DNA of 64,000 nt, taken from the NCBI GenBank assembly GCA_000002445.1, contig CH464492.1, positions 96,001-160,000 on the forward strand, in the 5' to 3' direction. A program made the translations under genes and the position numbers. Under the pieces are notes generated by a model. The model did no database searches, was not told the origin of the DNA, and saw only the letters and a program-made list of their open reading frames with translations. The DNA is from Trypanosoma brucei (taxonomy: Eukaryota). Shown in pieces: positions 1-11,767 of this stretch. How positions within the stretch are numbered: the stretch's first letter is position 1; each line of letters starts with the position of its first letter.

Positions 1-765
1 CGTGGCTTCGACTTGGTCGTCGGCCTGATTTGTTATGCAGAGGTCGGCTTCTCCTGAGTCTGCCCCTTTGCCGCATACGCAAAGGGCGATCGTAATTAGC
101 GCTTCTGCTTTGGCAGATGTCCCTGACGTGCCGCACAGGGCTGTGTGGCTGGCTGCAGCGTTTTTTAGTTTGTTGTTGTCAAGCTTTGTCGCCGCGCTGT
201 CCGGTTGGCCAAAAAGGCCTGTATTTAGGGCTTGTATGATGTTTGCTGGCGTATCCGGGGCTGCATCCTGTGTTAGGCTGTTAAGTTCGACATTTATTGC
301 GGCTGCTTGTTCAGCAACGGGCTGTAGCAACTGCAGATAAAGTTGCTTGTCGGTGCCGCTTGCCCCTCCAAGGCCTGCCCGTTTTTCGATTGCTGCCGCT
401 TTGTTTGGTTCCTCCAGCGCCTCCTCCGCTGCTATCCAGTCTGGCCAGCGCTCTTTTTGAATGGTGTCTTCCCCTTGTTTTGGCGTTGTATACTCCGGCC
501 TGGGTTTGCCTTGCCCTGGCTTGGCGAATTTCTTGCGCCACTCCGCGTCACTTAAAGATGTATTTAGTTGTAGGATGTCTAGATAATCAGTCTTTGCCGT
601 ATAGGTGTCGTCCGGTGTTTGTGATATTCTCGTCGGTGCAGTTAACAGTTCGCACAGGTTGTGAAAAAGATGTGCGTGCTCGCCGGTCGTTGGGCCGGTC
701 GCGGTCCGGGATACTATGAGCAGCATCGCTAAATATGCTGTCGCTTGTTGGAGATAGCCTAGCAT
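1..765 (-). CDS. VSG-A, B-type VSG N-terminal domain, 5' partial gene running off the window. My translation begins MLGYLQQATAYLAMLLIVSRTATGPTTGEHAHLFHNLCELL...LNTSLSDAEWRKKFAKPGQ...ALCVCGKGADSGEADLC
   Basis: Minus-strand ATG at 765-763 with an open frame to the window edge. It is missing from the ORF track because no stop lies within the window. It has a signal peptide and then the same N-terminal motifs (HLFxxLC, LNxSxSxxxW) seen in VSG 28163-29578. Confidence 0.8.
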   Translation of the reverse strand, partial: MLGYLQQATAYLAMLLIVSRTATGPTTGEHAHLFHNLCELLTAPTRISQTPDDTYTAKTDYLDILQLNTSLSDAEWRKKFAKPGQGKPRPEYTTPKQGEDTIQKERWPDWIAAEEALEEPNKAAAIEKRAGLGGASGTDKQLYLQLLQPVAEQAAAINVELNSLTQDAAPDTPANIIQALNTGLFGQPDSAATKLDNNKLKNAAASHTALCGTSGTSAKAEALITIALCVCGKGADSGEADLCITNQADDQVEAT

Positions 766-1634
766 GCTTCACTTTGTTATGGTGCTTCTTTGATTTGAAG
801 GCAGTTAGGTGGTAGAATTAGGGGATACAAGTTTTCTGCTGCTGCTGTTTTGCCTTAGTTATGCTCATTACCTACGCAATAATCCTGTATCATTGTTAGC
901 ACATTTCCTTTATATCAGCCGTTAAATCGAATAAAAATTCTACAAACAATATGAGCTTCCATTTCATAAACTAAATTGTTAACATATACATTCGGTACAA
1001 GATAGGCAGCCACGGCCGCCGCCATCACCAGTGTTTTGCCTGTTCATTTTCGTGTAAAATGTGGTTCTATTTTAAGTCAAATAGAGTATTTTCGAGTGTT
1101 TAATCTTAAGGTTCTCTACGGTTAAGTTTCCTAGCCGCAGAGTCAAGTCGTGATTTATATATTTTTTACCCTTTATTTTGCGAATAATATTCTGATGTTC
1201 TAAAAGACGCTTCTTCCCATCTCTTTCTAAATATTCCCTTAATCAGGAACTTCAATGTTGTTGGTTCTTCCATATGTTCCACTGTCCGGCGAGGGTTGCT
1301 GTCACTTATTGCTTTCCTTTAAACTTACAGATCCAGAAAGATGTAACGGAGATGAAATGTCTATTAGAAATGTCTGCAACATTGGGTCCACATACTTTAT
1401 TAAGTAGGATCATTTCTACTAAATATACCATTTCAGCTATGTTTTCAAGCCAATTTGGGTTTCATATGGGAAAATAGAAAAACTTGCTTTCTATTTAATA
1501 TACTTCCAATTTTCATGAGTGTAGCTTCTAGTGAGTCTCATTATTTTCTTCACTATCTCTTCAGGATGTCACAGTTTTTTGTGCTTTTACTTTTTTGTTT
1601 TGATGTACTTTGGAGTTTAACGCTGCTGGAAACG

Positions 1635-1649
1635 ATAAGCAGCATTGCT
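1635..1649. repeat. Left copy of the 15-bp target-site duplication ATAAGCAGCATTGCT flanking ingi#1
   Basis: An identical 15-mer sits immediately after the ingi poly(A) at 6911-6925. Confidence 0.85.
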
Positions 1650-1657
1650 CCCTGGCG

Positions 1658-4600
1658 ATGCCGGCCACCTCAACGTGGTGCCAGGGTCCAGTACCCCGTA
1701 TCATCGGGGGAAGCCAAGAGCCAGCAGCGTTCCTTTCATGGGGAACAATGCTGTGCTCCGGCTACGGCATCATACAGCACAGGGATCAGCAGCGTCTTGC
1801 TGGGACACCGTCTTTCATTTGTCGGTCCCTGGGCACGTGCCAGCGTGCCATCAGCAGTATCATCCGCACTAAGATGCTGCTGTCCGGTGATGTGGAAGAG
1901 AATCCCGGCCCGTCGTTGCGCGGGATGCAGTGGAACTGCGCCGGGCTATCTCAAGGAAAGAGATTAGCACTCCACAAAACCCTTGTTGATGAGCGGATCG
2001 CCTTTTGTCTGTTGAGCGAGACAAGGATGACGCCTGGAGAGGCGGCTTGCTTTAGCGTTGCTGGCTACCAACATCACGGAATAGCTCGTAACTGCAAAGG
2101 AGGTGGTGTATCAATACTAGTGAGGGAGGACCTACCAGTCGAGACCGGTATGGCCGTTATTGGTCGCATTGAACAAGTGCATGCAACAATTCACCTTGCA
2201 CGTGGAACGGCGCTGACTGTCACGTCGGCATACATCCCACCAAAACACACCTTCACGGCAACTGACCTAGATACGCTTCTGACGACTGACGGTGCCCAGC
2301 TCATCGGTGCAGACGCTAACGCACACGCGTTGGCATGGGATCGCGCGAGCCCACCAAATACCAAGGGTGAAACCCTCACACAGTGGTGCATTGACAACCA
2401 GTTTCTGGTCTGCAACACTGGTGAGTGCACCAGGTACGCGCGCCACCACGGGGAGTCCAGCCCTGATGTGACACTGTGAAGGAATTGCACAGTGTACACG
2501 TGGACATCGCTGTATTCTCCCGATAGCGATCACCATCACATATTTTTCGACGTTATCGTTGGAGACGACACAGATGCACTGAGTTGCCCGCGGCTTCGAA
2601 AGCCCATGTACGCATGGCTAAAAGCTGACTGGAGGAATTTCCGTCTCAAGGTTGACGAGCTCTGCAGGAAAATTGGTAGAGAGAAGAACGTCAACACCAT
2701 GGAACAGAAATTGAGCTCCGCCATCCGCATTGCGACGAAGGTCTCCGTCCCCCGTGGTTGCAGAGCAACGCCACCACATTGGACACCTGAGCTCGCGAAA
2801 CTCGATGAAGAGATCGCTGGATGCGGACCCTCCCACCGAAGGGAAAAGTTGGTAGCCACGCGTAAGCAGATCCTGGACCGTACCACAAAGAAGAGATGGA
2901 GCACGCTATGCTCCAGACTTGCGGTGTCAGACCGCTGCAGTTGGCACATTGTCAAGAAGGTATATGCGCCACGACCACTAACCACACCGGCTGTACTTGT
3001 AGATAACGCGGCCATCACGGACTACCGTCAAGCTGAGAGGTTCAGTAAACTGTACTCGTCCCGCGCAAGAAGGCACCCCGACTCACACCCACCGGCACCA
3101 ATAAAGACGATAGCGAGTGAGTTCAGTCCCATCACGATGGCTGAACTACGGAGATCGATCAAACTGCTACCGAGTGGATCCGCAGCCGGACCTGATTGCT
3201 TATACAACGAGGCACTGCAACATCTCGGCAGAACAGCGCTGAATGTTGTTCTGAGGCTATTCAATGAGAGCCTACGAACGGGAGTCGTGCCGCCTGCATG
3301 GAAGACTGGTGTTATCATCCCCATCCTGAAGGCCGGAAAAAAGGCGGAGGACCTCGATTCTTACAGGCCTGTGACGCTCACGAGCTGTCTCTGCAAAGTC
3401 ATGGAGCGCATAATTGCCGCGAGACTTAGAGACACTGTTGAGTCCCAGCTGACGCCGCAGCAATCAGGCTTTCGCCCCGGATGCTCAACGCTCGAACAAC
3501 TCCTGCACGTCCGCGCTGCCCTCTGCCGTCCCACGCACCAATATCGTACGGGTGCTGTATTCGTTGACTACGAGAAGGCATTTGATACAGTAGACGACGA
3601 CAAAATTGCGAGGGAAATGCACAGAATGAAGGTATCACCCCACATTGTGAAGTGGTGCGTATGATTTCTGAGTAACCGAACTGGCAGAGTGAGATTCAAG
3701 GAGAAGCTTTCCAGAAGCAGAACATTTGAGCGAGGAGTGCCACAAGGAACTGTCCTTGGCCCAATCATGTTCATTATTGTCATGAACTCGTTGAGCCAAC
3801 GCCTTGCAGAGGTGCCGTTACTGCAGCACGGATTCTTTGCAGACGACCTAACGCTACTTGCGAGGCACACAGAGAGGGATGTCATCAACCACACACTACA
3901 ATGCGGTCTAAACGTGGTGTTACAGTGGTCAAAAGAGTACTTCATGTCTGTCAACGTAGCGAAAACAAAGTGCACACTCTTCGGGTGTATAGAGCGCCAC
4001 CCCCTTACATTACAACTGGACGGTGAAAGAATAGGAGCTGACAGGACACCGAAGCTTCTAGGAGTAACATTCCAGTGTCTGCAGGGGATGGCAACACATG
4101 CGGCCGAAACGAGACGCAAGATGGACTTCCGACTACTGCAGATAGCAGCCATCTCAGCTTCTACATGGGGGCCAAGACGACAAGTACTGAGAGCTTTTTA
4201 TCTAGCACTCGTACAGGCACACACCATGTATGGCATTGAGGTATGGTACTGGGACGCTTCGGAACGAAGTCGCGACCTCCTTGCATCAGCACAACACAAA
4301 GCCAGTCGCATCATAGCCGGCATACCGCATGGGACGCGCAAAGAGGACTCTCTGCTGGAAGCAAACCTCCTGCCACTCAAGACGACCACTCTTGTGCGCA
4401 GCATGAAATTCATGCTGATGTGTGAGTCACGAGGCGGATGTTTGCGGCGCAGTGCTGAAGAAGTATACCACAGCAAACACCCAGTCAGAGCCCTACATTC
4501 CCGTATCATGCGGTCCTACCCCCACCTCCGCATTGAGCCACGCGAAAACCCACTAGAGACATCGACGCTCCGCCACAGCTGCCGACCGATATTTCACACG

Positions 4601-6637
4601 CAGATAAAGGCTGTGTGCGCTGATGACCCTGACGATGTCAAAAGGGAGGCTTCCGAAAAGTGGATTGAACGACATTTTGCACGGAGGGGGAAGGAGCCAC
4701 CGCGGCGAGAGCACTACGAATTGTGGACTGATGGATCCGTGTCCCTCGGTGAGAAGTCCGGAGCAGCTGCCCTGCTCTATAGAAACAACACGCTGATTTG
4801 TGCACCTAAGACAGGAGCAGGGGAACTTTCATGCAGTTACAGAGCGGAATGCGTAGCATTAGAGATAGGACTGCAACGGCTGCTGAAATGGCTTCCGGCA
4901 TACAGAACCACACCGAGCAGGTTGTCCATCTTCTCTGACTCGCTGTCAATGTTAACAGCACTGCAGACAGGCCCCCTAGCCGTAACGGACCCAATTCTAA
5001 GACGACTATGGAGGCTTCTGCTTCAAGTTCAGAGAAGGAAGATACGTATCCGACTGCAATTTGTGTTTGGCCATTGTGGCGTGAAACGGAATGAGGTTTG
5101 CGATGACATGGCCAAAAAGGCCGCAGATTTACCACAGTTGCGAGACACATGGATCCCCGACATCATTGCTTATGCGAAGCGAGTGCTTAGGTCGGAAGAA
5201 GTCCATGAGAACACTCATAGGTTTGGTATCACGGGCAACCACTTTCCAACAAAACATAAGGAAGAACTGACGAGGGAAGAAGAAACGGCACTGGCACGCT
5301 TTCGGGTTGGGTCTTCAAGACACTATGGATGGATGTTGCGAAAGATTAACCCGAGTGTGCCTCCACAGTGCCGATGGTGCAACCCGCAACATGCAGAGAT
5401 AGGGCCAACAATACAAACAGCCCCAACTGTTGCGACACGCACTCTTCAAAGAACCTCCGAACCGACCAAATGTACGGAATGTGATGCCACATACCAATGC
5501 CGCTCGAGTGCTGTAACGCATATGGTAAACAAACATGGCTTTGTGCGAGCTGATGCCCTCCGGAGGATCAAATACGGCGATGCAACACCTGCAGTGGATA
5601 TCCCCCCGGAGCCCCCTCCAGTGGTGGCGATCGTTCCTCTACCATCGAGCACACGAGTTACGATGAGACCGCAGGTGCTTCATTGTACCATCTGTGCCTC
5701 CAAATTCGCAATGCCAGGCAGACTACTACACCACCTTAGAACAATACATGGCATAGGCAGCGGTAGTTGCCGCGTGAAAAGGGGGCGAGAGAACGAGGAC
5801 TCAGAGCAAGGAGATGGTAGAGCCCCAGCAGCGCCAGCCTCTCAGGATACACGGAAGCTGCCGTTTCAATGTGACCTGTGCGAGGCGAGCTTCGGTACAC
5901 GTTCTTCCCTGACACTACACAAGAAATTCAAACATAAAAGCATAGTGACGGAGGACGGTACCGTGGTGTTGGTGCAATTCCCTCGTAAGCGTGCCCGTGA
6001 GGGAAACGTTGACGTCCCGGGGAAGGGCGAGGTGCAGTGCGGTGTGTGCCAAAAAGTGCTCAGTTGCAGGGACTCCCTCATCCGACACTGTAAGGCTTTC
6101 CACAAAGGTGAGGGAGTCGAGCTTAAATGCAGCAAAAGCACAAAATTGTGTGCCACTGATTCCCCGCATACAAACACATCCATGTTGGTGTGCCCGACAT
6201 GCGGAAGGCAGTGTGCTAGCAAAACTGGCCTCACCCTACATCAAAAGAAGATGCACGGTATGAAGGTAGAGCGCGCTGTTACCAGCCAACGCGGCGACTG
6301 CGAAGAAACGTCGCTGCACTTGATGAGCTGTCCCGGTTTGAAGGAGTTACGTGTCAGATTTGCGGTAGAAGGTGAGTGTGTGCAGGATGTATGTTTCTCC
6401 AAAAGGCTGGCGCAGTTTCTCATTGCGGTTGAACGGAGCCGGCCGCAGGTGAAGTCCTCACCTAAGGTAACAGTCATACAACCCACTCTCCCTTCTGCAA
6501 CTTCCCCCCTTATTGCCGAGTGTGGAGCCAGCAGGAAAAGCACCGGACGCAGGAATAGTCCAGACACCCTCAGAGACAGAGGAGGTATGCAGTCAACAAG
6601 CAACAAAAACAGAAACAGAAAGAGGGGGAGAGAATAA
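1658..6637 (+). pseudogene. ingi polyprotein ORF (APE-RT-RNaseH-ZnF) split into three frames (1658-2479, 2492-3664, 3689-6637)
   Basis: A TGA at 2477-2479 plus a 2-bp AC insertion relative to ingi#2, and a second frame break near 3664-3689. Canonical ingi has a single ORF of about 1650 aa. Confidence 0.85.
1888..1911 (+). other. 2A-like ribosome-skipping motif DVEENPGP in ingi#1 (LLSGDVEENPGP), just upstream of the AP endonuclease domain
   Basis: This is the exact D(V/I)ExNPGP consensus. The same motif occurs at 43084-43107 in ingi#2 and at 48411-48434 (minus) in ingi#3. Confidence 0.8.
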
Positions 6638-6910
6638 TAAACGAATAACAAAAAACAAAACAAAAGGATTGCTAATTGACATCTTTGGGAGAGTCCGGGG
6701 TGAGGGGGGCTTCTCGCCCCATCTACTGTATTCCGTTCAACTGCGGAGCTACAACAAAAATTATAGAGGGTGTGTTAGGATGAATAAAAAAGGGAGACTC
6801 TGCCACAGTCGCCAGACCGATAGCATCTCAGGGCTCTACGGTGATGGCTGATGGCCGCGCCAGTTGGGAGAAACTCTCACGAAGGCACGAAGAAAATTAA
6901 AAAAAAAAAA

Positions 6911-6925
6911 ATAAGCAGCATTGCT
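6911..6925. repeat. Right copy of the ingi#1 target-site duplication ATAAGCAGCATTGCT
   Basis: Identical to 1635-1649. Confidence 0.85.
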
Positions 6926-7199
6926 TGAAGTAATCAGCAAGGAAAGGACTTTGTACACATTTCCCTATACTCCCTACAGTCACTCTATATTAAAAAGCCT
7001 TATTTTCTAAAATTTAAGTCACAGCATCGAGGAAATATCTACACACTTACCATTGCTTTCAGTAAAAGTTTAGAATGTTACTTTAACGTGTCACTGACTG
7101 AACATTGACTGAATTACAAGTCTTTCGTCAAAATTCCATTCCACTATTTCTATTGATTTAAGTGCTTCTTTTTCCCAGATCATTTAGTCTTCACCACCC

Positions 7200-7615
7200 C
7201 TCTTATTATAAGGTTCGTATACACACTCACAACACTCTCCTGTTATTATCATCATTATTATTATTACTATCATTATTACTGCTCTTATTATAATATTCGT
7301 ATATACACTCTCACTCTCACAACACTCTCCTATTATTATTATTATTATTATTATTATTACTGCCCTTATTATAATATTCGTATATGCATACTCACAACAC
7401 TCTCCTATTATTATTATTATTATTACTGCTCTTATTATAATATTTGTATATACACACTCACAACACTCTCCTATTATTATTATTATTATTACGGATCTTA
7501 TTATAATATTCGTATATACACACTCACAACACTCTCCTATTATTATTATTATTATTACGGATCTTATTATAATATTCGTATATACACACACTCACAACAC
7601 TCTCCTATCATTATC
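7200..7615 (-). repeat. 70-bp-repeat array of about 6 units (82, 81, 66, 66, 66 bp periods), canonical orientation on the minus strand. It is the 5' boundary of the VSG-A cassette.
   Basis: Tandem units CTTATTATAATATTCGTATATACACACTCACAACACTCTCCTATTATTATT..., the reverse complement of the T. brucei 70-bp-repeat core, with variable (ATT)n tracts. Confidence 0.9.
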
Positions 7616-8109
7616 GTTACATCACTATTTTAATGCTAACAAGTATCCATAAGTGACTTAAATAAACAAAATAAAGTAAATTAGAATAACACTAACTTGT
7701 CATACCATTATCCATACTGCTGTTGAACCACACGCTACATTAATACCAAATTGCAAACTTTAAATATTTTGAATTTTTTAGTTATCATGGTGTTCGCGAA
7801 TTTTTATATTTGCATTTAATAGTGTTAAAATATATTAAATCATAGTATATTTAGAAAATTATCTAAAAAAATTTCATAATTATTATAAAATTGAGCAAAA
7901 ATCCTTAGAGTTCTGGAATACTAAAATTCTACCTAAACTACAAATTGTGGTGAGAAAAGAGCAAATTTTCTATTTAAGAGAATGATTGAGTTTTTTAAAG
8001 CATTATTTTTTCTATTTTCAGCCAAGAGCCTTGGCGCAGTCTATTTCTAATTTCCTTTTACTTTTTTTGTAGCTGTTGTCTCTGCTTGCTCCATCTTCTG
8101 CTACCGCAT

Positions 8110-9447
8110 TTAACTGCTCTGAAATTGGTTTTTATCTATTTCGCACTCCCCTTTCCCGCTTTCCCCACCTTTCCATATGCAGTTAGCATCAATACAAGCA
8201 GCTTTGTTGTTTTTGTGTGCGGTGAAAATGGCTTGTTATTTCTGTGGGTTTCCCGCGCCCTTTTGCTCTGTTTGGGCCTGTGCCTGCGACAGGGGTGGGA
8301 CCAGTTTGCCTATAACTGCCGCCTGGTAGACTGCTATTGCTTTTGCGTAAGTTGTTTCTATCGTTGCTGCGTAGAGGCTTTCTTGAGCTTGCTGCAGCGC
8401 TCTTTTTTCAATTGCTACTGCTGCTTGGCGCATCTTGTTGTACCACGGCTGTGTTTCGTGTGTCGTTGTTGATGACTTCTTGAAAAAGTTTGTGTACTCG
8501 ACGCAGGTGTTGCCGGCCGTCCCGGCGCATTCGCTCCCTGTGTTGCTGCTTTTGCCGATCCAGACGCTGTTGTCACTTGCTGCTCCTTGTTGTGTGAGGC
8601 TGCCGTGCCAAGCTTCCAGTGCAGCCGCTATTTCGTGGGGTGTGATGACGTTCTCAGTGTTTAGTGCGCACGAAGCTTTGAGGTCCGCCCATTTTGTTGT
8701 GATCGTCCCCTGATTGTCTATTTCCGCACCGGTAAACGCGCCGCTGCATTCTTTTGCTGCGCCCCCGCTGCCGCCGCGCATACAGAGAAAATCGCCACTG
8801 ATCGACTTTCGCTTGTCGTCGCCGTTGCAGTGGCTTGCCCAGTTGCTGCCCGTACCAAAGCTTGTTGATTGCGTGAGTGCATCTGCTGCCGCTCCGTCTT
8901 CGTATAGTGCTTCACGAAGCAGTTTTTGGATGTTGTTAGTCTCGTCGTTTGTTATAAAGTCCTTGGCTGCCTTCCACTTCTTGCTGATTTCGACTGCTTT
9001 CGCTGTTAACTCCAGGAGGCGATTGTGGGCTGCGAATTGCTGTCGAGCGTCTGCTATTGCTGGGAAGTCTTTGTCTTCCTGTGTTCCAATCTTTTTCTTC
9101 TCCGCCTCCTCTTTGTCTGTTCGCCACGCTCCCCAGGCTGCTGCTCCTCCGAGTGCGCCCGCCTCTTTTTTGCCTTCTGCCGAGAGCTTTTCGTATGCGT
9201 TGCTATTGTTCTTTGAGTTGAACAAAGCGTGCCATTCTTTTGGTGAAGTTGACATGTTGGCTGCTCTTAGTGTTGCTATGTGGGTTTCGATATTTGTTGT
9301 TACGGTCATGTCTGAAAGTTTGCCAGTGGCCGCTTGCAGTAGCCTACACATGGTCCGGTGTTCGCGGGCGTCTTCGTCTGCTGCTCCTTCAGCTGCCCGG
9401 CCCACTATTAGCAGGAAAAGAAGGTGGTTAAATTGTTCTTTCTTCAT
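8110..9447 (-). pseudogene. VSG-B, a B-type VSG with a frameshifted C-terminus
   Basis: The 403-aa ORF (8236-9447) starts MKKEQFNHLLFLLIVGRAAEG and stops before any C-terminal domain. The Cys-rich tail (CIDANCIWKGGESGKGECEIDKNQFQSS) continues in another frame down to the TAA at 8110-8112. Confidence 0.8.
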
Positions 9448-11066
9448 ATCCTTTTTTTCTTGATCCTATGTGGAGAGTTAGAGCAAACACTTCCATTGCA
9501 CGAACTTGCAAGCAACTCGTGGTATTTGTGTTTCCGCGCTGTCAATGTTTCGGAAGTTTATAAGGCAACTTTTTTGCCAGAGTCTTTCTGGTGGCAGCTT
9601 TTGGCCTCCTTTGCTTTCGAAAGATGGTTTTTATACATGTGCGAGACGTCTTTCGCTGATTTCTTTTTGGTCAATTACCGCCTATTTCTACTTTATCGTG
9701 TTCCTCGGTTCCTAAATACCCTCTACGAAAATCTCTATTACTTTATAAAAATTTCCCCAAAGCAAAATCTCCCCCTTTCCCTCTTTTATTTCTATGTTTT
9801 TCTAATTTTCTTTTCTTATCTTTTTTAAATATCCCGTATTCGCCTCTGAGCTACTGCAGAAAAATACACTTTCTTGCTCAATCAGGGGGCTTTAGTCACT
9901 ATTTACCGATACAAAAGTTTTTTCAGTAACTGTGCTGTATATATCACCTATTTTCACGTAAAGATGTTTGTTTTATGTGATAAGGCTGCTGCTGATTGCC
10001 GGCTCATCGCGAATGCTAAGCAAATGCAGCTGCGAGTATACTCTCTAAATTCACCCCAACCACCGCTTCTTAGTTTCTACTGCATTTTCCAGTATATATT
10101 CTATTTTGTGCTTCGGGTTTGCACCAAGCAGCTGAAACACTCTTTATAAGTCTATTCTGTTTCAAACGCAATCTGTACGGCGCCGTCGCCTCCTTATATC
10201 TTTACAATTATTGCTTTTCTTTACTCTTAACGATGCATAGAGGTGTAAGAGGATGAAATGCTACTTGAAAATAGCTGCTTTTTTACTGATTTCCTTCTAC
10301 TAAGATAAATTCAAACTCACTCTTGTATGTACTCTTTTGTTTAGTGTAGTTAAGCTACCATGTAAGTTGTATTTTTCGTACCATTATCTGCTGCATTCCA
10401 TGAATCAATAGAATTATCGCTCGTATCTGGTAAATATTTCCATCCACTTGAGTTTAGCGTCTACTAAGGATCGCCGTTTCTACAGTATTTTTTTACTGCT
10501 CTTATTTCTGACTGTATTTTACTTTTGACGCGTTTTGTTTTGCTTAATGTAGATATTTATGAATTTCGTGTCAGGTTTCATGTGCTTTCGCAAGGTTTTG
10601 TGCAATTGTTAGCTTTTTGGTTTTCTATCACCGCCAGCTTGAGTAGTTAATTCTGTTACAAAACGTATTTTTAGACAAATTGCACGCTCTTTATAAGGTG
10701 TGATCTCTGCTCTTGATACCTTTTTTAAATAAAAGTTCTCTATCCGGAATTAATGCATTCTTTGAATTGGTCTTTAGAACATATTTTCCGTGGTACATTT
10801 AGTATACTTTCACATGTACTGCTTCTTTGTGCTAAATGTAGGAACAGAAATTGACCCTTTCAGTGAATTCTGTATCTCTATAATTATATCCCTTATTCTC
10901 TTCTTTTGTATAATGATGATCTTTGTCGCATTTGTGTTTGAAACTGCACATATTCCATGCCCTCTTCTTTGTCTTCTCTTCATTACCATCCCATTTCCTT
11001 ATTCTCATGGCACACCTTTCACTGTTTTGAGTACCCATATTTTGGATATTCACTTAACTTTAAGTT

Positions 11067-11143
11067 CTCTTATTGTAATTTTTGTATATACACACTTACA
11101 ACACTCTTCTGTTCTCATCATATCATTTTTATCATTATTGCTG
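11067..11143 (-). repeat. Single degenerate 70-bp-repeat unit upstream of VSG-B
   Basis: TGTATATACACACTTACAACACTCTTCTGTTCTCATCATATCATTTTTATCATTATTGCTG. Confidence 0.6.
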
Positions 11144-11416
11144 TTATAACCCTAGCTAATATTCATAAAATCATAAAGTGACACAGTTTTAAAATTTCAA
11201 AATAGCACTCATTTTCAGTGCCCTATGACCTTACTACTTTGCGCCCATAGGCCACTATCTCAGCAAAATTCTATATTTTCAAGTCTTTAAAAATTTTCAA
11301 ATTTTTCCACTTCATTAAAAAAATTATAATATATCAACTTCTAGAAACCTCTCTCAATATAGCAAATTTTCATAAATTTCATAAAATTAACAAAATATTA
11401 TAAAAGTTTTAGAATG

Positions 11417-11767
11417 CTAGAATGTTAAAAAACTCAAAAAAGCAGAAGTTATACTCAGAGAAAATTTCTGATTGGCGAGGAAAATACCGTTTCGGTACTT
11501 TTCTGTATCCTTATCGTCTTCGCCATCTTTACCCTTCCTAAATGCACAATTTTTCTTGTCTCCTGTTTTGTCCTTTTTACAATCAGGCTGATTATGGTGC
11601 CTTGCACATCCAGTTGTAGCTACTTCCCCTGCAATTCCATCTCCTTTTTCTAGCTCTGTGGTTTCCGTTCCTGCCTTAGGTTTGCACTTGTTACCATCTG
11701 TGCTGTTTCCGATATAAACGCAATGCTCGCTTGGGCATTCTACTGCAGTTGTGTTTTTTAGTTGCAT
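11417..11767 (-). pseudogene. VSG-C, an orphan VSG C-terminal domain plus GPI signal with no N-terminal domain
   Basis: The 116-aa ORF ends ...CKKDKTGDKKNCAFRKGKDGEDDKDTEKYRNGIFLANQKFSLSITSAFLSFLTF, a Cys-rich domain followed by a hydrophobic GPI-signal tail. The 850 bp upstream carries no VSG N-domain. Confidence 0.75.

Larger units (their letters stand above)
1650..6910 (+). mobile_element. ingi: ingi non-LTR (LINE-like) retroposon, essentially full length (5261 bp), with a poly(A) tail
   Basis: The 5' end CCCTGGCGATGCCGGCCACCTCAACGTGGTGCCAGGGTCCAG matches ingi/RIME. The long ORF encodes AP endonuclease, reverse transcriptase (FADD box at HGFFADDLTL), an RNase H-like TDGS motif and six C2H2 zinc fingers. 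The 3' end is A13, and the element is flanked by a perfect 15-bp duplication. Confidence 0.95.

Noticed and set aside
1610-1657. The Met at 1610 that extends the first ingi ORF upstream of the element
   Set aside because: 1610-1649 is flanking DNA plus the target-site duplication. The ingi coding sequence begins at the ATG at 1658, so the N-terminal 16 residues of the track ORF are spurious.
7184-7591. ORFs encoding poly-Ile or poly-Leu proteins over the repeat tracts (7184-7591, 39106-39309, 62343-62709, 59065-59523)
   Set aside because: They are translations of (ATT)n and 70-bp-repeat DNA, not genes.
8714-9463. Long plus-strand ORFs overlapping the VSGs (e.g. 8714-9463, 19817-20368, 35735-36286, 26423-26908, 15821-16345)
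   Set aside because: They lie antisense to clearly recognisable VSG reading frames and are Ser/Ala/Leu/Cys-rich with no domain signatures. They are shadow ORFs of the GC-rich minus-strand genes.
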